A DNA stretch of 64,000 bases, from assembly GCA_030770535.1 (NCBI GenBank), contig JASVEC010000016.1, positions 124,001 to 188,000 of the forward strand. The letters run 5' to 3'. This document shows, piece by piece, positions 27,523 to 40,154 of the stretch (positions are counted from its first letter, which is position 1; each line of letters opens with the position of its first letter). Made by a program: the position numbers and the translations under genes. The notes beneath the pieces are model-generated. The model was not told where the DNA came from, made no database searches, and saw only the letters and a program-made list of their open reading frames with translations. The stretch comes from Batkoa obscura. Taxonomy: Eukaryota.

Positions 27523-29373
27523 TTTTAATCAAAGTGTGTAAACGATAAAAAATTGAATTAATTTATATAATTTTAAATCATTATTTTTATTTATTCTTAT
27601 AATATTCTATTTTTAAAACAATATGAATAATAGGGCATAAAAAACTGGTTTATTTCTTATTTAGAATTAGATGATGCATGATGGTTGAATTAGTAAATTT
27701 ACCTTTTGATGTTTATTAAATATTTATTATAATTAATTTAATATTTAGAAAGCCTGAAAACAATAAATTAAGTACATATTAAACAAAAACAGCCGTGTAA
27801 TATCATAAAAGATATTTCATTTATTTTATGTGTAAAATAAATGAATGTTTAGTATCTTTAAAGTGTTTTTTATTTTATATAGTTATTTAAGTTCAAATGT
27901 GCGCTGACTAGTTATTTGTTCTTAAATAGAAATCTAAGTATTAGTATGTAAACTAGGAATGTTTTGAATTATTAGTTATAGAAATTATCACTAGCCATTA
28001 CACATGCAAACTTGAACAAGCTACAACGTCATGCTAAATTTTATTTAAATTCTTGGTTATAAGTAACATTCTTATCATCTAGAATTAAATAATGAATGTT
28101 AAATATAGTAATTTTTAGTGCTCGTATGAAGCCTCGCATTAATGCTTGTTTTGTTTGTTAGAAGCAACCTGGTGTTATTGTTCAAATTTTATTCATTTAT
28201 TTATTTTAAATAATACCTATAGATAGTTACCAAAAAAAGAGCTATTAAAGACATATTAAATCTGAATCAATATAATATTAAATTTAACAATTTTATAAAT
28301 TCTGTATTATTATAATTCTTTGTTACATTAAAAGTAGTTTTTAGAAAAACTATAACATGCTTTATTGACATTGTTTTACAGCATATCAACATTTGCTTCT
28401 AAAATTATATATCTTTTTTAATATTAAAAAATTGATAGTCTTTAGTTTCTTATTTATAAAAGGAGAATAAAGATGAATTGAAAGAGGCTGTGGAGTTAGT
28501 AAAGTACTTTATGTTTTTTATAGCAATATTTAATATTTTAATTTAAATACAACTAAAATATTAATATCAATACTCGAATATTTTTATATATGTCTTTTTA
28601 TAATAAAACTCTTAGTTGAAATTTAGACTATTTTTAATGTTTATTACCATTCATTTATTCGGTTCGATTTCAATATTTTATTGGTATTACTGCATTCATT
28701 CATCAAATGCCTAATGAAAAAGATCAGTAAACCTTCAATGCTTGATTTAAAAATTCAGCAGTATTGTATTATTCATTTAAATTTTGCAATTTTAGCTACA
28801 GCTTTAACTTTATTTTAAAGACTAATTTAAAAAACTTGTATAAAGAACTTAAATAAAAGATAACTATATTTGTTTTACAAAAATCCACTGTGTACATCCT
28901 ATATATGATTTTTTCAGAACTTTATATTAATCAAACCATTCATTTATAAAATAAAATTAAAAAAAATTATTACTAATAGAAACTTTTATTTGTAGTTTTG
29001 CGTTTGGGTTATAACAAAAAATTGTCCCAGTGTACCATTTTTTAAAGTTTTGACTATAGTTCAATAATGAATAATTTAAGTGATGTTCAGATTAAGCTTT
29101 ATGTTATTTATGAGCTACAAAACAAAACAATGTAGAAAATATATATAACTATCTTTTACATGTTATAATGCTATTAGTACTTTTAATATAAATCTTTGAT
29201 AAATTATATTTATTTTTTATATCTTAAAATATAATACTTCATTAAGTTATATGTTTATATATAATGACTATAAAACAAATTAATGAAAAACTCATCTATC
29301 TCATTATTAAAGCTTTTTGTTGGATTTTTATATATACATTTTAATCTCCTCTGTTAAGTAAAAAGTAATAAAC

Positions 29374-29471
29374 GGAGATGTTTTTTTACATTTAAGGATT
29401 TTACTAAGAATTTTTCCGCTCAAATAGTGTTTAAAGGTGGAAAAAGTAATGAAGCTAAAAAAAACACTCCC
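29374..29471. mobile_element. MITE family copy 4
   Basis: GGAGATGT...CACTCCC; flanks AAAC/AAAT. Confidence 0.85.
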
Positions 29472-30058
29472 AAATAGTGAAAGAAAATTAACAAAATGAA
29501 ATGAAAAAAGCAGTCCCATCTTTCAATAGAAAAATAAGAAATCGGTCAATTTACTTTAAATTTAGTTATTTAAGATAGCAAAAGACTATTCTATAATATT
29601 AGTAACTTAAACACACTTTCTTTTATAGTAAGATAGTATTCATTTTTTTAAACTCTAAATCAATTCTAAATCAAATCTTACATTTGAATATCAATACTAA
29701 AACTGAGTTGAAAGGAGTATAGAGAATTCGATAAATTTAAAGTGTAGGATGAAATTAATAAGGAAAGTAATATAAATGAAGATAATGTTTTGAAATAGGA
29801 TAGGGAGGGAAAGAATAAGAATAATATGGTAAAAGAAATTTAATGCTATAAAAACGAACCATTTTATTTCTATTTTTATCACTTCAAGTTAAATTAAAAG
29901 ACAGTAATTGGAATTTAATATGATATAAAATTAATATTTTAAAGGAACTAATCATTCAATAGTTAAACTATTGTTCAATAAGTTACATAAAAGAAGATGA
30001 TAGCTTCCATATAGGAAAATCATGAGTTTAAAATAGAATTATTAGGCACAAAACATAT

Positions 30059-30155
30059 GGGGGTGTTTTTTTTGGCTTCATCACTTTTTCCATATTTTAA
30101 GCGCTATTAGCGAAAAATTTGTTAGTAAAATTCTTAAACACAAAAATACATCCCC
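30059..30155. mobile_element. MITE family copy 5
   Basis: ATAT-GGGGGTGT...ACATCCCC-ATAT. Confidence 0.9.
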
Positions 30156-30386
30156 ATATATTGAGTTTGAGTATATTATATTGTATAATAAGCAATATCT
30201 TAATATTTCCTTTGCAAATTTAATAACTAATTTAACATTTTGATACCATTCTTTTTTAATAATGCTATAAAAACAAATTTATTATGAAATAATTATATTA
30301 CTAAGGGTGGAATTGATTTACTTAACTACTAAGTTTTTAGAACGAGCATTGAATTTTATTAAATATCGGGTAATAGTTTAGTATAT

Positions 30387-30481
30387 GGGGACGTATTTTT
30401 GTGTTTAAGAATTTTACTAGCAAATTTTCCGCTTAAATAGTGCTTAAAAATGGAAAAAATAAAGTTAGAAAAAACACTCCC
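30387..30481. mobile_element. MITE family copy 6 (inverted relative to copy 5)
   Basis: ATAT-GGGGACGT...CACTCCC-ATAT. Confidence 0.9.
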
Positions 30482-30878
30482 ATATTAACTATTTTTATGA
30501 TAAATATTCCATTTAATTATAAATTGAACAAACAATTAATAGAAAGTAGTTTATCTTATTAATTTATATTGATAAGAATATTAGAACTTAGATTACTTGC
30601 TTAAACCTACCATATTTGAAAAAGGTAGAAGGAGATCTTTTTATTTTAATTTCTTGTTCAATTTTATGGAATAAAACTTCAAAAGAATTTTCAATCAAAT
30701 TCATAATTAAAAAACAAATTCATTCACTAGACTAAATCCAATTATATTTTTGAGTTCAACCAATAAAATTTGAACTTTAAATATACTAGTAAAAATAGAT
30801 CTATAAATCGAACGATATTCTAACCATGTATATATAAAAAAGCAAACAACTCCTTTTAATAATCAAAAAAGTAATAAA

Positions 30879-32183
30879 ATGACAACAAAACCTTTAAAGA
30901 AAAGGAATACTCTTTTAAACCCCAAATCTCATCGTTATGAATTTTTTGGTCCTTTAGGTACTGGAATCATTACAATTATCTCCCCATTGTTTTTAGTCTA
31001 TCAATATATAACATGTAACTCCGAATTTGGTTGTAGTATTTTTAATATCAATTCTGTAACGTTTGAATTAAATAATATAACTGAATTTATAACTTTACGT
31101 GGTATGAAGTATTATTTATTATGGCTATCATATCATTTAGTTTGTTGGTATATTTTACCTGGTAAATGGGTCAATGGTATTCAATTACGTACAGGAGAAT
31201 ATCAAAAGTATAAAATGAATGGGTTTTTAGGCTTTATTATTACTAATTTAATTGTTTTAATAACCTATAAAATGTATGGGTCTTTTCCATTTTTGTTTGT
31301 TGTGGATATCTGTTTTGAATTATTATTAAGTAGTTTAATATTTACATTTGTAATGTCAACTTTGTTATATATTAATTCATTTATCGGAGAAGATAACAAA
31401 TTATTATCATTAAGTGGTAATACAGATAGCTTAATTCATGATTTTTTTATGGGTAGAGAGTTAAATCCAAGTATTGGTAATTTAGATTTAAAACAATTTT
31501 TTGAATTGAGACCTGGATTAATGGGATGGTCCTTATTGAATTTTTGTTTTTTATTAAAACAAATAGATACGAATAACACTTACACATATTCAATTCTTTT
31601 TGTTACTATTTGTCAATATTTTTATGTAGCTGATTCTTTATATAATGAAGAAGCAGTCTTGACTACTATGGATATAACTACTGATGGCTTTGGGTTTATG
31701 TTATGTTTTGGAGATATATCTTGGGTTCCTTTTTTTTATTCCATACAAACTCGTTATCTCTCGATTCACCCAATAGAAATGTCTTATTTTAGTGTAGCAT
31801 TGATAGCAGTGACTTCTTGTATGGGTTATTCCATTTTCAGATTAGCAAATAATGAAAAGAATATCTTCAAAAAAAATCATAAAGATCCAAAAGTAGCTCA
31901 TTTAAATTACATCGAATCAGATACTGGACGAAAATTATTAGTTGATGGTTGGTGGGGTATTGCTTCTCATATTAATTATTTAGGTGATTGGTTATTATCC
32001 CTTTCTCAATGTTTAGCTACCGGATTTGGTAGTATTATTCCCTACTTCTTTGCTGGATATTTTGCTATTTTATTAATTCATAGAGATTCAAGAGATGATT
32101 ATGAATGTAGTAAAAAATATGGTAAAACTTGGTTAAAATATCGACAATTAGTTCCATATAGGATTTTACCTGGAATTTATTAA
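30879..32183 (+). CDS. ERG24: Delta(14)-sterol reductase, intronless
   Basis: YEFFGPLG, DFFMGRELNP, FFELRPGL, LTTMDITTDGFGFML, LLVDGWWG...HINYLGDW, KKYGKTW...VPYRILPGIY. Confidence 0.92.
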   Translation: MTTKPLKKRNTLLNPKSHRYEFFGPLGTGIITIISPLFLVYQYITCNSEFGCSIFNINSVTFELNNITEFITLRGMKYYLLWLSYHLVCWYILPGKWVNGIQLRTGEYQKYKMNGFLGFIITNLIVLITYKMYGSFPFLFVVDICFELLLSSLIFTFVMSTLLYINSFIGEDNKLLSLSGNTDSLIHDFFMGRELNPSIGNLDLKQFFELRPGLMGWSLLNFCFLLKQIDTNNTYTYSILFVTICQYFYVADSLYNEEAVLTTMDITTDGFGFMLCFGDISWVPFFYSIQTRYLSIHPIEMSYFSVALIAVTSCMGYSIFRLANNEKNIFKKNHKDPKVAHLNYIESDTGRKLLVDGWWGIASHINYLGDWLLSLSQCLATGFGSIIPYFFAGYFAILLIHRDSRDDYECSKKYGKTWLKYRQLVPYRILPGIY

Positions 32184-32304
32184 AGTAATAAATTTTATTT
32201 TATTTTATTTTGTTTTGTTTTATTTTATTTTTTACTATATCTTATTTTACTTATTATTATATTTTGTTTTTATATTCTAGTTTCTATTATGTTTTTTAAT
32301 ATAT

Positions 32305-32403
32305 GAGGATGTTTTTTTGACTTCATCACTTTTTCTATCTTTTAAGTGACTATTTAAGTGGAAAAATTGTTAGTAAAATTCTTAAATACAAAAGTACATT
32401 CCT
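32305..32403. mobile_element. MITE family copy 7
   Basis: ATAT-GAGGATGT...ACATTCCT-ATAT. Confidence 0.85.
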
Positions 32404-32555
32404 ATATTTCAACTTTTTATTAAAAACGGACAATAACTTAAAAAAGGAAAATTATAATGCATTTATAAAAGAATGAATAAATTGTGAGTAATTTGAAAAA
32501 TGGATTATGAAATCCAGGCTAATAAATTCCTTCATTTGATTTTATTGATTTTAAA

Positions 32556-35205
32556 ATGAAAAATGAAAGATATACTACAAATCCAACTACAATCAATTAT
32601 GAATATGATTCTTTTTTAATTAATGATCTAAATTTAAATCTATTATTTAATAATAATAGTAACAATCCTAGTTTAGTAATCCATGAAAAACAGGAGAATA
32701 AGGGCAATGATGTTTGTATAAACATTAATAAGAAGATAAATGATATAAAGAACAATATTAAGGATATAAAGAACAGTAATAATAATATAAATGATGATAG
32801 TGTTAATAATAACGAGTATATTACTAATAAGCGGAATTCAAAGCAACAAAATTCCATTTATTTATCCAGTTTAAATTCAGAAAATTTATTTGATACTCAA
32901 TTATTAACTCAATTAAATATTAATCAATTTAATAAAAATAAATACTTCAGTATTGATACAAGAAGGAATAGTAAAGAGCATATTATCAATCAGAACGGCT
33001 TGAGGAACAATAATATAAAGCACAGAATTGATCATGGTAGTACAAGGAGGAATAGTAGAGAGCATATTGTTAATAGTAATAGTATAAGGAGTAGCAGTAA
33101 TAAAGAACCTGCTAATATTAGCAATGGTAGTCCTAATTCGAAGAAATTAAGTAATAATCATTTATCTAATTTCAATTCCAATTCTATTTTAGATACTCAA
33201 TTATTATCTGAACTCTATAACAAACAATATAAGTATAATGATAATTTAAATAAGGTAATTAAACCTAAAAAGAAACTGATTAAAGAGGAAGAGTTTAAAG
33301 GTAGTAAATTTGATATAACATATATAGTATAATGATATTAATATAATTTAGATTTAACATTAAATAGTATATTAAATAGAGATAAATTTGATGTTAATAA
33401 AGTTGGAGTAATTAGAAAAGAGGATATTGATAATAGATTTAATAAGTTAATTCAAAGTAAATATATTCTAAATATTATGTTTAATTTTTTTTTAAAATAA
33501 ACTATTTTTTAGATGAAATTAGTACTGGAGTTAAGGCTATGACAACTGGTATCAATAATAACAAAGAAAAAAAAAAGTTACAGTTATTTAATGAATTGAA
33601 TAAAAATTCTAATTCTTATCGAAAAGGAAATCCAAATATTCAAAAAGAGAATATCAATAATATTAACGTTGATATTAAACAAAAAAAGAACTCAATTTTA
33701 ATTAATGAAATTAATAATAACAGTAACCATGATAATAGGAATTTAAATGATAGAGAGGAGAGTTCAAAGATGAATTATAACACTCAACAGAAAGAAAAAT
33801 TGATATCCGTCAATAAAATCAATAAAAAACAGAATATGAAGCAAAAATCAAATCAAAATAGTGAAAAGGAGAATATAAATATGAATATTGATAATAATAG
33901 AAGAGAAAGTGAGAACTTAGTATTTAATAACCAAATCAATGAAAAGTATATTCATGATTTTCAAGAGACAATTCCCATTAATAACATCAAAGAAGAAAAA
34001 AAGAAGGAAGCCTTCACCATACCTAATAATAATGCTCCTACCTTTGAGTTACAATCAGACCAACGTAAATTACACTATCAAAAGATTATAACTCAATTAG
34101 AAAAAATGAATATATCAAATCAAGATTTAAAAGATGAATTAAAGATTAATAAATATAAAAAATTAATCGAATTATTGAATAAAATTAATTTAAATTCAAT
34201 TATTAATTTAGATCAATATGATTTATTAAAACATCAATTAATATTAGATAAGTTTAATAAATTTAAGAATGTAATTGAAAATAATGGGAAAGAAAAAGGC
34301 AATGTGAGAGAGGGGAGTGGAAGTGGGAAGAGTAATAGTAGAAGCAGTTTAAAAAATGAGGGTAATAATAAGAGTAATATAAAAGACAGTAGTAATAACA
34401 GTGTTAATAATATTAATAATAGTAATAGTAGTATCAAAAACAGTGATAATACCAGTAGTTTTAAAAGTAATAATAAAAATTATATTAAAAATAAAGTTAA
34501 ATTATTAAAATTACCAATACCAAAATCCAAAGATGAATATGAATATATTAATAAAAATCATATTAAAATAAATTATAATAATAATAATACTGAAATTAAC
34601 AATTCAAATAAAGACCCAAATTTATTGAATCTATTAATTAGTAAGGGAAGTGAGTGTGAAAATGAGAAAGACAGGAGTAGGAAGAATGATGTTATTATAA
34701 ACGATTATGAAAGTATGAATTCTAATTTATGTTTTCTAAATTTATCAGTTACAAAATTTGAAGATGGAAATGATATCAATAATTATCATGATTTTAAAAA
34801 TCAAAATAGTAATTTGAATCAACGACGACAATATAATAATATTAAACATAAGAATCAAGATAAAGACAAAGATAAAGAAAATGAAAATGAAAATGAAATT
34901 AATACTGAATTATTAGATATTTATGAAGAAATTTCAATAGATTATTTAAATAATATTAATCCAATCAATAACCCGTTAACTTTTAATAGTAATGTTGAAT
35001 TTATTAAAAACATACTATTAAATATTCAATTTCAATTAATTAATATGAATATAATGAAGGAAAACAAAAGGGATAATATAAAAGAAATAAATAAACTAAT
35101 GAAAAAATTGGAGGTAAGATACAATTTATATTATTTTAAAAGTGATAAATGTATTAACACTAATTATATATATAGTTGATTCATAAATTATTGGTTAAGT
35201 TATAA
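32556..35205 (+). CDS. Hypothetical Asn/Lys-rich low-complexity protein, multi-exon
   Basis: Long ORFs (258 and 546 aa) joinable by GT-AG introns; internal repeat NS(E/N)x(L/I)(F/L)DTQLL; no family recognised; start uncertain. Confidence 0.55.
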
Positions 35206-35345
35206 GGAAATGAAAATGAGATCATTTTTGTGTTTTTGATATTTTTATTAAAATTGGAAGTTGCTATTTTAACTTTTTTTGATTCTTTCTTTTTTTAACT
35301 TTATAAATTCACAAAATTTTAAATAGAATAAACAAAATAGATAAA

Positions 35346-37249
35346 ATGATGACAATAAAACGTATCAATAATATCAATAGTTTAAAATTATTGAATCAAC
35401 TTAGTATTACAAAGAAATTTTATTCAAGTATTAAATCCAATGAAATAGATTCAAAAGATAAAAATAAAGTAAATCAAATATTCAAGGATTCTCATTTTAA
35501 AACAATTGTTAACTAAATATAATTTATTAGGTTAGTATTTATTTATCTTCATTAACAGATCCATATCTTAATATAGCTGTTGAAGAATGGTAATAATTAA
35601 AACAAATAATATAATATAGTAAATTTGCATATTAAATTTTATAAAAGGATAATAAAAAAAACTCCACCTAATCATCGAGGAGTGTTATATTTATATCAAA
35701 ATGAAGCATGTGTAGTAATTGGTAGAAGTCAAGTAAGTTTTTATTTATCTAACACATTAAAATAAAATGAAATAAAATAAAATAGAACCCTTGGAAAGAA
35801 AGCAATTTATTCGAATTAAAAAAACAAGATATAAAATTAGTAAGAAGACAAAGTGGTGGCGGTACGGTTTATCATGTAAGTTATTAGAAATTTTTTAATT
35901 AAATTTAAAAAATAAATGATCAAATAAATAAAAATAATAAAATATATTAATCAAACACTATAGGATTTAGGTAACAGTAATTATTTTGTATTAATGGAAC
36001 GTGAAAAATTTGAACGAATAATAAATGTAACTTTGGTGAAACAAGCATTAAATCAAATCGATTTACCTGTCAAAGTTAATGAAAGAAAAGACTTAACAAT
36101 TGATGACTTAAAGATATCCTTTTTTTTATTTCTATAAATTCAAAACCCAATTTATTAGTATTGAAAATTTTAAATGATTAATACAATGAAATCGAAATTT
36201 ATAAAATTATAAAGACTTAACTTGAATCCTTATTATTATTGATATTATTACATCTCTGGTTCTGCTTATAAAATATCAGGTTGTTGGGCTTATCATCATG
36301 GGACTATGTTAATTGATACCAATTTAAATAGTTTATCCAAGGTATTAAAAGTAAGTATTTTTTATATCAATTGCAACACTTGATTTTACATACTTTTGTT
36401 TAAAATAATAATTAAATTAATTAATATTTGTTCTCTTTATTTGTTTATAGAATAATTTAACTATTGAAAGTAAAGGCGTAGATTCAGTAAGATCTAAAGT
36501 GACCAATTTGATTAATTACAAAAAAGATTTGAATCATTCACTATTTTGTAAAGCTATTATAAATCAATTTAATATAAAATATAATAATGGGGAAAAGTGT
36601 GAAGTAAGAGTTTTAATTATTATTTATTTTATTTTATTTCCAATATATTTATTTTAAAATAACATAGCCAATTCTAATTGATAGGAGCTTTTTAAATAAA
36701 AATCCATCAATTTTAAGTTATGCAGATAAGTTGAAAGTAAGAGGTTTTAATATTCAAAGAATTTCAATATAAAATATTAATACATTTTATTATCAACTTC
36801 TATAGTCTTGGGATTGGATCTACGGACAAACACCAGAATTTAAGTTAGATCATCAATTTAATTTTGAGTATAACAATAATGATTATGAATTGGTAAGCTA
36901 ATGATATGTTCTATAAAAATATTACTAATACCATCAAATAATAGACCCTACAAATTACAAGTAAATATGGGAAAATTAAACAAATTTATTTAATTAATAA
37001 TAGTATAACTCCATCTATACTAAATAATTCAATAATTGATAATTTCAATTTAATATTAAATAATTTATTATTAGGTAATTTTAAATTTTAAATAATGAAA
37101 CTAATTAATATTCCAAATGTTTAGATCAATTATTTAAAAAGGAAACTATCAATTTACAATTCCAAAGTATACTAAAAACAAATATCAATTCCGTAAATAC
37201 TATTTTATTAAATAAAATAAAATCACAAATTGAAGCTTTAGCTTCATAA
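35346..37249 (+). CDS. AIM22: Mitochondrial lipoate-protein ligase A / lipoyltransferase (Aim22/Lip3/LIPT1-like), multi-exon; absent from the ORF track
   Basis: Spliced motifs [86 protein letters not shown]. Confidence 0.9.
36114..36251 (+). other. U12-type AT-AC spliceosomal intron (138 nt, phase 0)
   Basis: 5' ATATCCTTT, 3' TTAC, branch-like TCCTTAT at 36227-36233; removal gives DDLK|ISGSAYK. Confidence 0.9.
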
Positions 37250-37383
37250 ATCAAAATACTAATAATAATAAAATAATAGGAACTTGATTTTATTGATTTG
37301 ATTTTTTTTATCTCTTCTTTATTTATATCATTATCTTCTTGTATAATAAAATATTACAATAATAATTATAACCTTGATTTTGT

Positions 37384-39994
37384 TTATTTGAGTTTTTTAA
37401 TTTCTTCTTCTATATCATCTCTTTCTTCTTCTATCGCCACTTTCTTTCTTTTAATTCCTTTATTAATATCATCTGTGTTCTTATTCTTTCCATTTTCTAT
37501 TTCATTTATATTGTTTGTATTGTCATTTTCTTCATTTTCTATTTCATTTATATTTTCATTAATCACATTAATAACACTTTCATCATCATCATCTTGTAAT
37601 TCAATTACATCTTCATTAATCACTTCAATCATATCTTTAATACTATCTTGTTCACTTTCTTCCTCGCTTTCTTCTTCATCCTCTTGTTCACTTTCTACTT
37701 CACTTTCTTCTACTTCACTTTCTTCTACTTCACTTTCTTTCATTCCATTTTCATTTTCCATTTCTACTTCTTTCAATTTATACCAATATTCCCAAGTAGA
37801 TACTTTCAACTTGCCCATAGATGCTAGTTTCTCCTTTTCTTCATCTTCCAATATTGGTTTCTTTAATACATTTTTATCCCAAAACTCATTTATAAAATGA
37901 ATCTCTTTAATTGGTAATTTATTATAAAAATATTGATAAAACTCTTCTTTTGTTAAATTCAAATTAGCTGATAATCGTGGTGCTTTAGGTAATTCAAATT
38001 GTAACCAACAATGTTGACTATCTACCCATTGAATTCGATCAATAATTAAACCTTCAATCGATTCAAATACACGTCGAATATCTTGGGTTTTTAATTGAGT
38101 ATCTATATTTTGTATCAAATATCGACCATGTTTAAGATGAGTAGCTAATAGAATATAAGTTTAATAAGTTAATTAATATGGTTTTTTGAAATTTATATTA
38201 ATTACCTCGATCATTTCCAGCTAAATTAATATTATCAAATTCAGACTGCATATTATATAAATAATTTTCATACTTTTTTACATGTTCGAAAGTAACTGTT
38301 TGGCATAATTCTAAATTTAAAATTATTATATGATCTACATTTTGAAAATAGAATATTGACTTACCTTCATTTTCATTTTTTTTAGCTGTTAAATAACAAA
38401 TCATATAGATTAACAACTTTCCTGTGATTAATGCATCATAACCTGCATTATGATAATTAATTAATTCTTGATTGTCTATTTTATTTGATTCATATTCCAC
38501 TTGATTTTCATTAATTAATTGATTTTTATTTAAAGTAGCTATATCTAAACAAAAAATAAAATGAAATATTAATAAATAAAGTATGTTTATGTTAATAATT
38601 AATATTTTACCTATTTTAATATTATAAAAGTTAAAAGGATGTTCTTCAAATTTTAACATTAAAGCAGCTAAATTACTAGCTCCAAAACTATGTTCCTAAA
38701 CAATAAAAGTTATTAATATCCACTTTTACATCTTGTTTTTACTAAATACTTACTTTTAACTCTGGAATATTATGAAATAAGTATTTTGTATCAAATATAC
38801 TATATCAAAAATAATTTAATATCGAATATTTAATAAATTAATTCTGATTCTAATTTACCTTGGAAAACAATTTAAAATTGCTTTTTTAAACTCTATTAAT
38901 GTAGTTGGTAATTCTCCAATAAAATGTTGATAAATAAAACAAAGATCTAATAAACAATTATGACCAATCATTTTCTTGTTATTCATTAATATTAATTTCA
39001 TCACTTCCGAAAAGTCATTGGTAATATCAATGAGATTCTAATATGAAAAAACAAAATAATTAATATTCAACTTAATTCTATTTATTAATGTTATTGTATT
39101 ATTATTGCTGCTATTCTTATTAAAATTTAAAAAATAATTTACTTCAACTTCATCATTATTTTTAATATCTTTAACTAATCTTAATCCATTATCTAATTTC
39201 AAAAGCTTATAATCTTGTTTCAAGATTAAATTACATTCTTGATAAACTAATCTTCTTTGATAAGAATTATTAGTATGTATAATAATTGAATTTTCTTGAT
39301 GTCCAAGACTCCAATCATGAATTTGTTTTCTAATATTTATTATTATTTTATTTGTATTATTATTTAATTACTATTTTAATTTACCTTATACATTCCATAT
39401 AATCCTTATTTTTATCATCCATTTTAATTACTTGATCTCCGTTTTTATTTTCTTTTTTTTTAATATTTAATTCATCTAATCGAGTAAAAGCCAATCCTAA
39501 ATTTCATTTTATTAAAATCAATTATTAACTCTTTTAATGAATTTTAATCAAATTTAACTTACCTTCTTTAATCCATTTAAAGAAAGAAAATCGATTACTC
39601 AATAGAAAACTTAATGTATTAGATTGTACAGTAAAGTTTTTTCTTTCATCACTTGCTTTCGAGTCTGGAAACAGATAGATAGTCACTGGTATGGCTTCTA
39701 TTGTATTGTTCACTTGATGAAATGTACATAGTCCTACTTGAATCGGTTGGTAGCATGTGGCTATCTTTTTTAACTTTTGATAACGTAATTCATTTGATTC
39801 TAAATTTAAATATCGATTATTTGGGAGTGTAACACCTAATTAAGAAAAGAAACAGGGTTAATTAAAAGTAATTGTTTTAAATAGAATGATTTACCAGTAA
39901 ATTCTAAATCAATAGCAAAAAAATCACAATTAGATAGTATAGTTTTTAAATTATTATAATGCGATTTAAAATTTTCTCGAGTCAATTCAAGCAT
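37384..39994 (-). CDS. PARN: Poly(A)-specific ribonuclease PARN (CAF1/DEDD family) with acidic tail, multi-exon
   Basis: MLELTRENF...DFFAIDLEFTG, IQVGLCTF, SYQRRLVYQE, IGHNCLLDLCF, IFDTKYL, HNAGYDALITG. Confidence 0.85.
37689..37739 (-). repeat. 15-bp coding tandem repeat (ESEVE x3)
   Basis: CTACTTCACTTTCTT units in the PARN acidic tail. Confidence 0.7.
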
Positions 39995-40154
39995 CTTTTA
40001 AATATTATTATTAACTATTAAAAATAAAAAAGTTAAAATTTACTTTCTTTTTAAGAATTAAACAATTTAAACTTTAATTTTTTCTAAATTTTTATTTCTT
40101 CCAATCAATGTTTAGTAAAAAAATGCTTATTTTTATACAAAAAAGATCAAATGG

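Noticed and set aside
37298..37900. 200-aa Ser/Ile/Phe-rich plus-strand ORF and similar antisense ORFs (32597, 34234, 42090, 47289, 52762, 61111)
   Set aside because: Shadows of real genes on the opposite strand
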